From NCBI GenBank assembly GCA_963422205.2, contig CAXMWX010000001.1:192001-256000 (forward strand): 64,000 bases of DNA. Direction: 5' to 3'. Positions 61,916 through 64,000 of this stretch are shown here, one piece after another; positions within the stretch are counted from its first letter, which is position 1; each line of letters starts with the position of its first letter. The stretch is from Gammaproteobacteria bacterium (lineage in GTDB: Bacteria; Pseudomonadota; Gammaproteobacteria; Eutrophobiales; Eutrophobiaceae). The translations under genes and the position numbers were made by a program. Under the pieces are notes generated by a model that was not told where the DNA came from, searched no databases, and saw only the letters and a program-made list of their open reading frames with translations.

Positions 61916-63961
61916 ATGAGCGAGTATATCAACTGGCGGCTGGATACCGATGATCAGAACATCCTCTGGTGTTATATTGATGTGCCTGACCGCTCGCTCA
62001 ATCTGTTATCACTGGCCGTGATTGAAGAGCTGGAGCATATTATCCGCCTGCTGGAGTCAGAACCGCCTGCGGGCTTTATTTTATTATCTGGCAAGGAGAC
62101 GGGTTTTATTGCCGGTGCTGATGTCCATGAATTTACCCGGGTCAGCGGTGTGGATGAGGCGCACGATCATGCCAGGCGGGTGCAGGGCGTGTTTGATCGC
62201 ATCGAAGCCCTGATCTGCCCGACTGTCTGTGCGATCAATGGGGTCTGTCTGGGGGGTGGGTTGGAATTGGCGCTGGCGTTTGATTATCGCCTGGCGCTGG
62301 ATGATGCCAGGACCCGTATCGGCCTGCCGGAGGTCTTGCTGGGGATCCATCCCGGCTTTGGCGGCAGTGTGCGTTTTATCCGTCAGGTTGGCCCGGTGCA
62401 GGGTCTGCAACTGATGCTGGCCGGTAAATCAGTCAATGCCCGTACCGCAAGCCGGCTGGGTCTGGTGGATCACCATGTTCCCCGGCGGCAGTTCAAGGCC
62501 GCAGCAAGGCAGTTAATCGGGCAACAGCCGCCCAGGTCACGGCCCCGGTTTTATCTCCGCCTGCTGAACAAGGCGCCGTTGCGCTGGCTGCTCGCCAGTG
62601 GGGTTCGAAGACAATTACGCAAAAAGATCAGGCAGGCGCATTATCCGGCCCCTTATGCCCTGCTGGGGCTGTGGCAGCAACACGGCGGTGATGAGCGTGC
62701 CATGCTTGCAGCCGAAGCCGATTCGGTGGCTGAGTTGATCAACAGCACAACCTCCCGCAATCTGGTGCGGGTGTTTTTGCTACAGGAACAACTGAAGTCA
62801 GCCGGCAAGGCGCCAGCGCAGACGTTTGATGCGGTGCATGTGATCGGGGCGGGTGTGATGGGCGGTGATATCGCTGCCTGGTGTGCCTGCCAGGGATTGA
62901 ACGTCAGCTTGCAGGATAAGACGCCTGCATTGATTGCCCCGGCTGTACAGCGGGCGGTCCGGCTGTTTCAGCACCGGTTAAAACGACCACGCCAGATCAC
63001 GGCGGCCAGGGATCGGCTGCTGCCGGATGTGGCGGGCAGCGCCGTGGCAAGGGCGGATGTGATCATCGAGGCGATTGTTGAAGATGCTGAGAGTAAGGCA
63101 CAGTTGTTCAGTGAGTTGCTGCCGAAACTCAAAGCGGGGGCGATCCTGGCGACCAATACTTCCAGCATCGGCCTGGACAGGCTTGGCGGCGCGTTGGCTG
63201 ATCCGGGCCGATTGGTGGGCATACATTTTTTTAACCCGGTGGCACAGATGCAGTTGGTTGAAGTGATTTACTCGCCGGCCACCGAAAAACCATGGATCGA
63301 TGCGGCCAGTGCGTTTTGCCGCCGGATTAACCGCCTGCCGTTGCCGGTCAAAAGCTCGCCGGGTTTTCTGATCAACCGCATTCTCTCAGCCTATATGAAT
63401 GAGACCATGATCCTGCTGGAGGAGGGCATACAGGCGGAACTCATTGACAAGGTGGCGGTGGATTTTGGTATGCCCTTAGGGCCGGTGGAACTGGCCGATA
63501 CGGTGGGACTGGATATCTGCCTGTCGGTCAATCAGATTATGGCGGATGAGATGGCGATGCCGATCTCTGATACGCTGTCAGAACGGGTGGCGCAGGGGCA
63601 TACCGGCAAGAAGGCCGGCCGCGGGTTTTATCATTACAAAAAAAACCGGCCGGTCAAACGGCAGATAGCGACTCCAACGCCTGATCTGCAAACCCTGGAA
63701 GACCGTCTGGTCTTGCGGATCTTAAATGCGTGTGCCGCCTGTTTACGTGAACAGCTCGTTGAGACAGCGGACTTGCTCGATGCCGGGATGATCTTCGGTA
63801 CCGGGTTTGCGCCCTTCCGTGGCGGCCCGATGCATTATGCAAAACATCGAGGGATCGCTTCTGTCGTGGCCAGGTTAGAGTCTTTGCAGGCAGAGCATGG
63901 CAGGCGCTTTACCCCTGACAGCTATTGGGATGGCATGGCCGGGTCGCCCGGTACAGGGTAG
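61916..63961 (+). CDS. fadJ: Fatty acid oxidation complex alpha subunit (FadJ-like)
   Basis: FIAGAD, CLGGGLE, GLPEV hydratase part; GAGVMG, TNTSS, HFFNP dehydrogenase part. Confidence 0.85.
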   Translation: MSEYINWRLDTDDQNILWCYIDVPDRSLNLLSLAVIEELEHIIRLLESEPPAGFILLSGKETGFIAGADVHEFTRVSGVDEAHDHARRVQGVFDRIEALICPTVCAINGVCLGGGLELALAFDYRLALDDARTRIGLPEVLLGIHPGFGGSVRFIRQVGPVQGLQLMLAGKSVNARTASRLGLVDHHVPRRQFKAAARQLIGQQPPRSRPRFYLRLLNKAPLRWLLASGVRRQLRKKIRQAHYPAPYALLGLWQQHGGDERAMLAAEADSVAELINSTTSRNLVRVFLLQEQLKSAGKAPAQTFDAVHVIGAGVMGGDIAAWCACQGLNVSLQDKTPALIAPAVQRAVRLFQHRLKRPRQITAARDRLLPDVAGSAVARADVIIEAIVEDAESKAQLFSELLPKLKAGAILATNTSSIGLDRLGGALADPGRLVGIHFFNPVAQMQLVEVIYSPATEKPWIDAASAFCRRINRLPLPVKSSPGFLINRILSAYMNETMILLEEGIQAELIDKVAVDFGMPLGPVELADTVGLDICLSVNQIMADEMAMPISDTLSERVAQGHTGKKAGRGFYHYKKNRPVKRQIATPTPDLQTLEDRLVLRILNACAACLREQLVETADLLDAGMIFGTGFAPFRGGPMHYAKHRGIASVVARLESLQAEHGRRFTPDSYWDGMAGSPGTG

Positions 63962-64000
63962 CCCGATACAGATCATCTCAAGACCAACGTGCAGGATTAT

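Overview
GC-rich gammaproteobacterial-type chromosomal segment. The housekeeping backbone is rsxCBA-metG / apbC-dcd-cysG, msrB, mltF, egtD, an AddAB-like pair, fabA-fabB, ispG, acs, two divergent peptide ABC transporters and fadI-fadJ. Two accessory regions interrupt it. (1) About 7.0-18.0 kb: a type I restriction-modification operon (hsdM ... hsdS ... hsdR) whose interior holds co-oriented, mostly translationally coupled cargo. The cargo is two HEPN/MNT toxin-antitoxin pairs, an ORF6N remnant, a Kiwa (kwaA-kwaB) anti-phage module and a REP-associated tyrosine transposase (RAYT). The second MNT is fused in frame to HsdS. hsdM and hsdR together carry seven in-frame copies of a small palindromic element, and the RAYT carries its own GTAG-type REPs inside its reading frame. 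(2) About 40.5-48.7 kb: a DUF1640-like gene, a ~1,900-aa almost lysine-free repetitive autotransporter, a nested palindromic repeat cluster, a queC 3' remnant and a Uma2 nuclease. The best candidates for new biology are the HEPN + MNT-HsdS arrangement (a possible guard of the RM system) and the protein-coding palindromic element family. I recognised no rRNA, tRNA, CRISPR array or integrase. All family calls come from motif recognition by eye, not from database searches.
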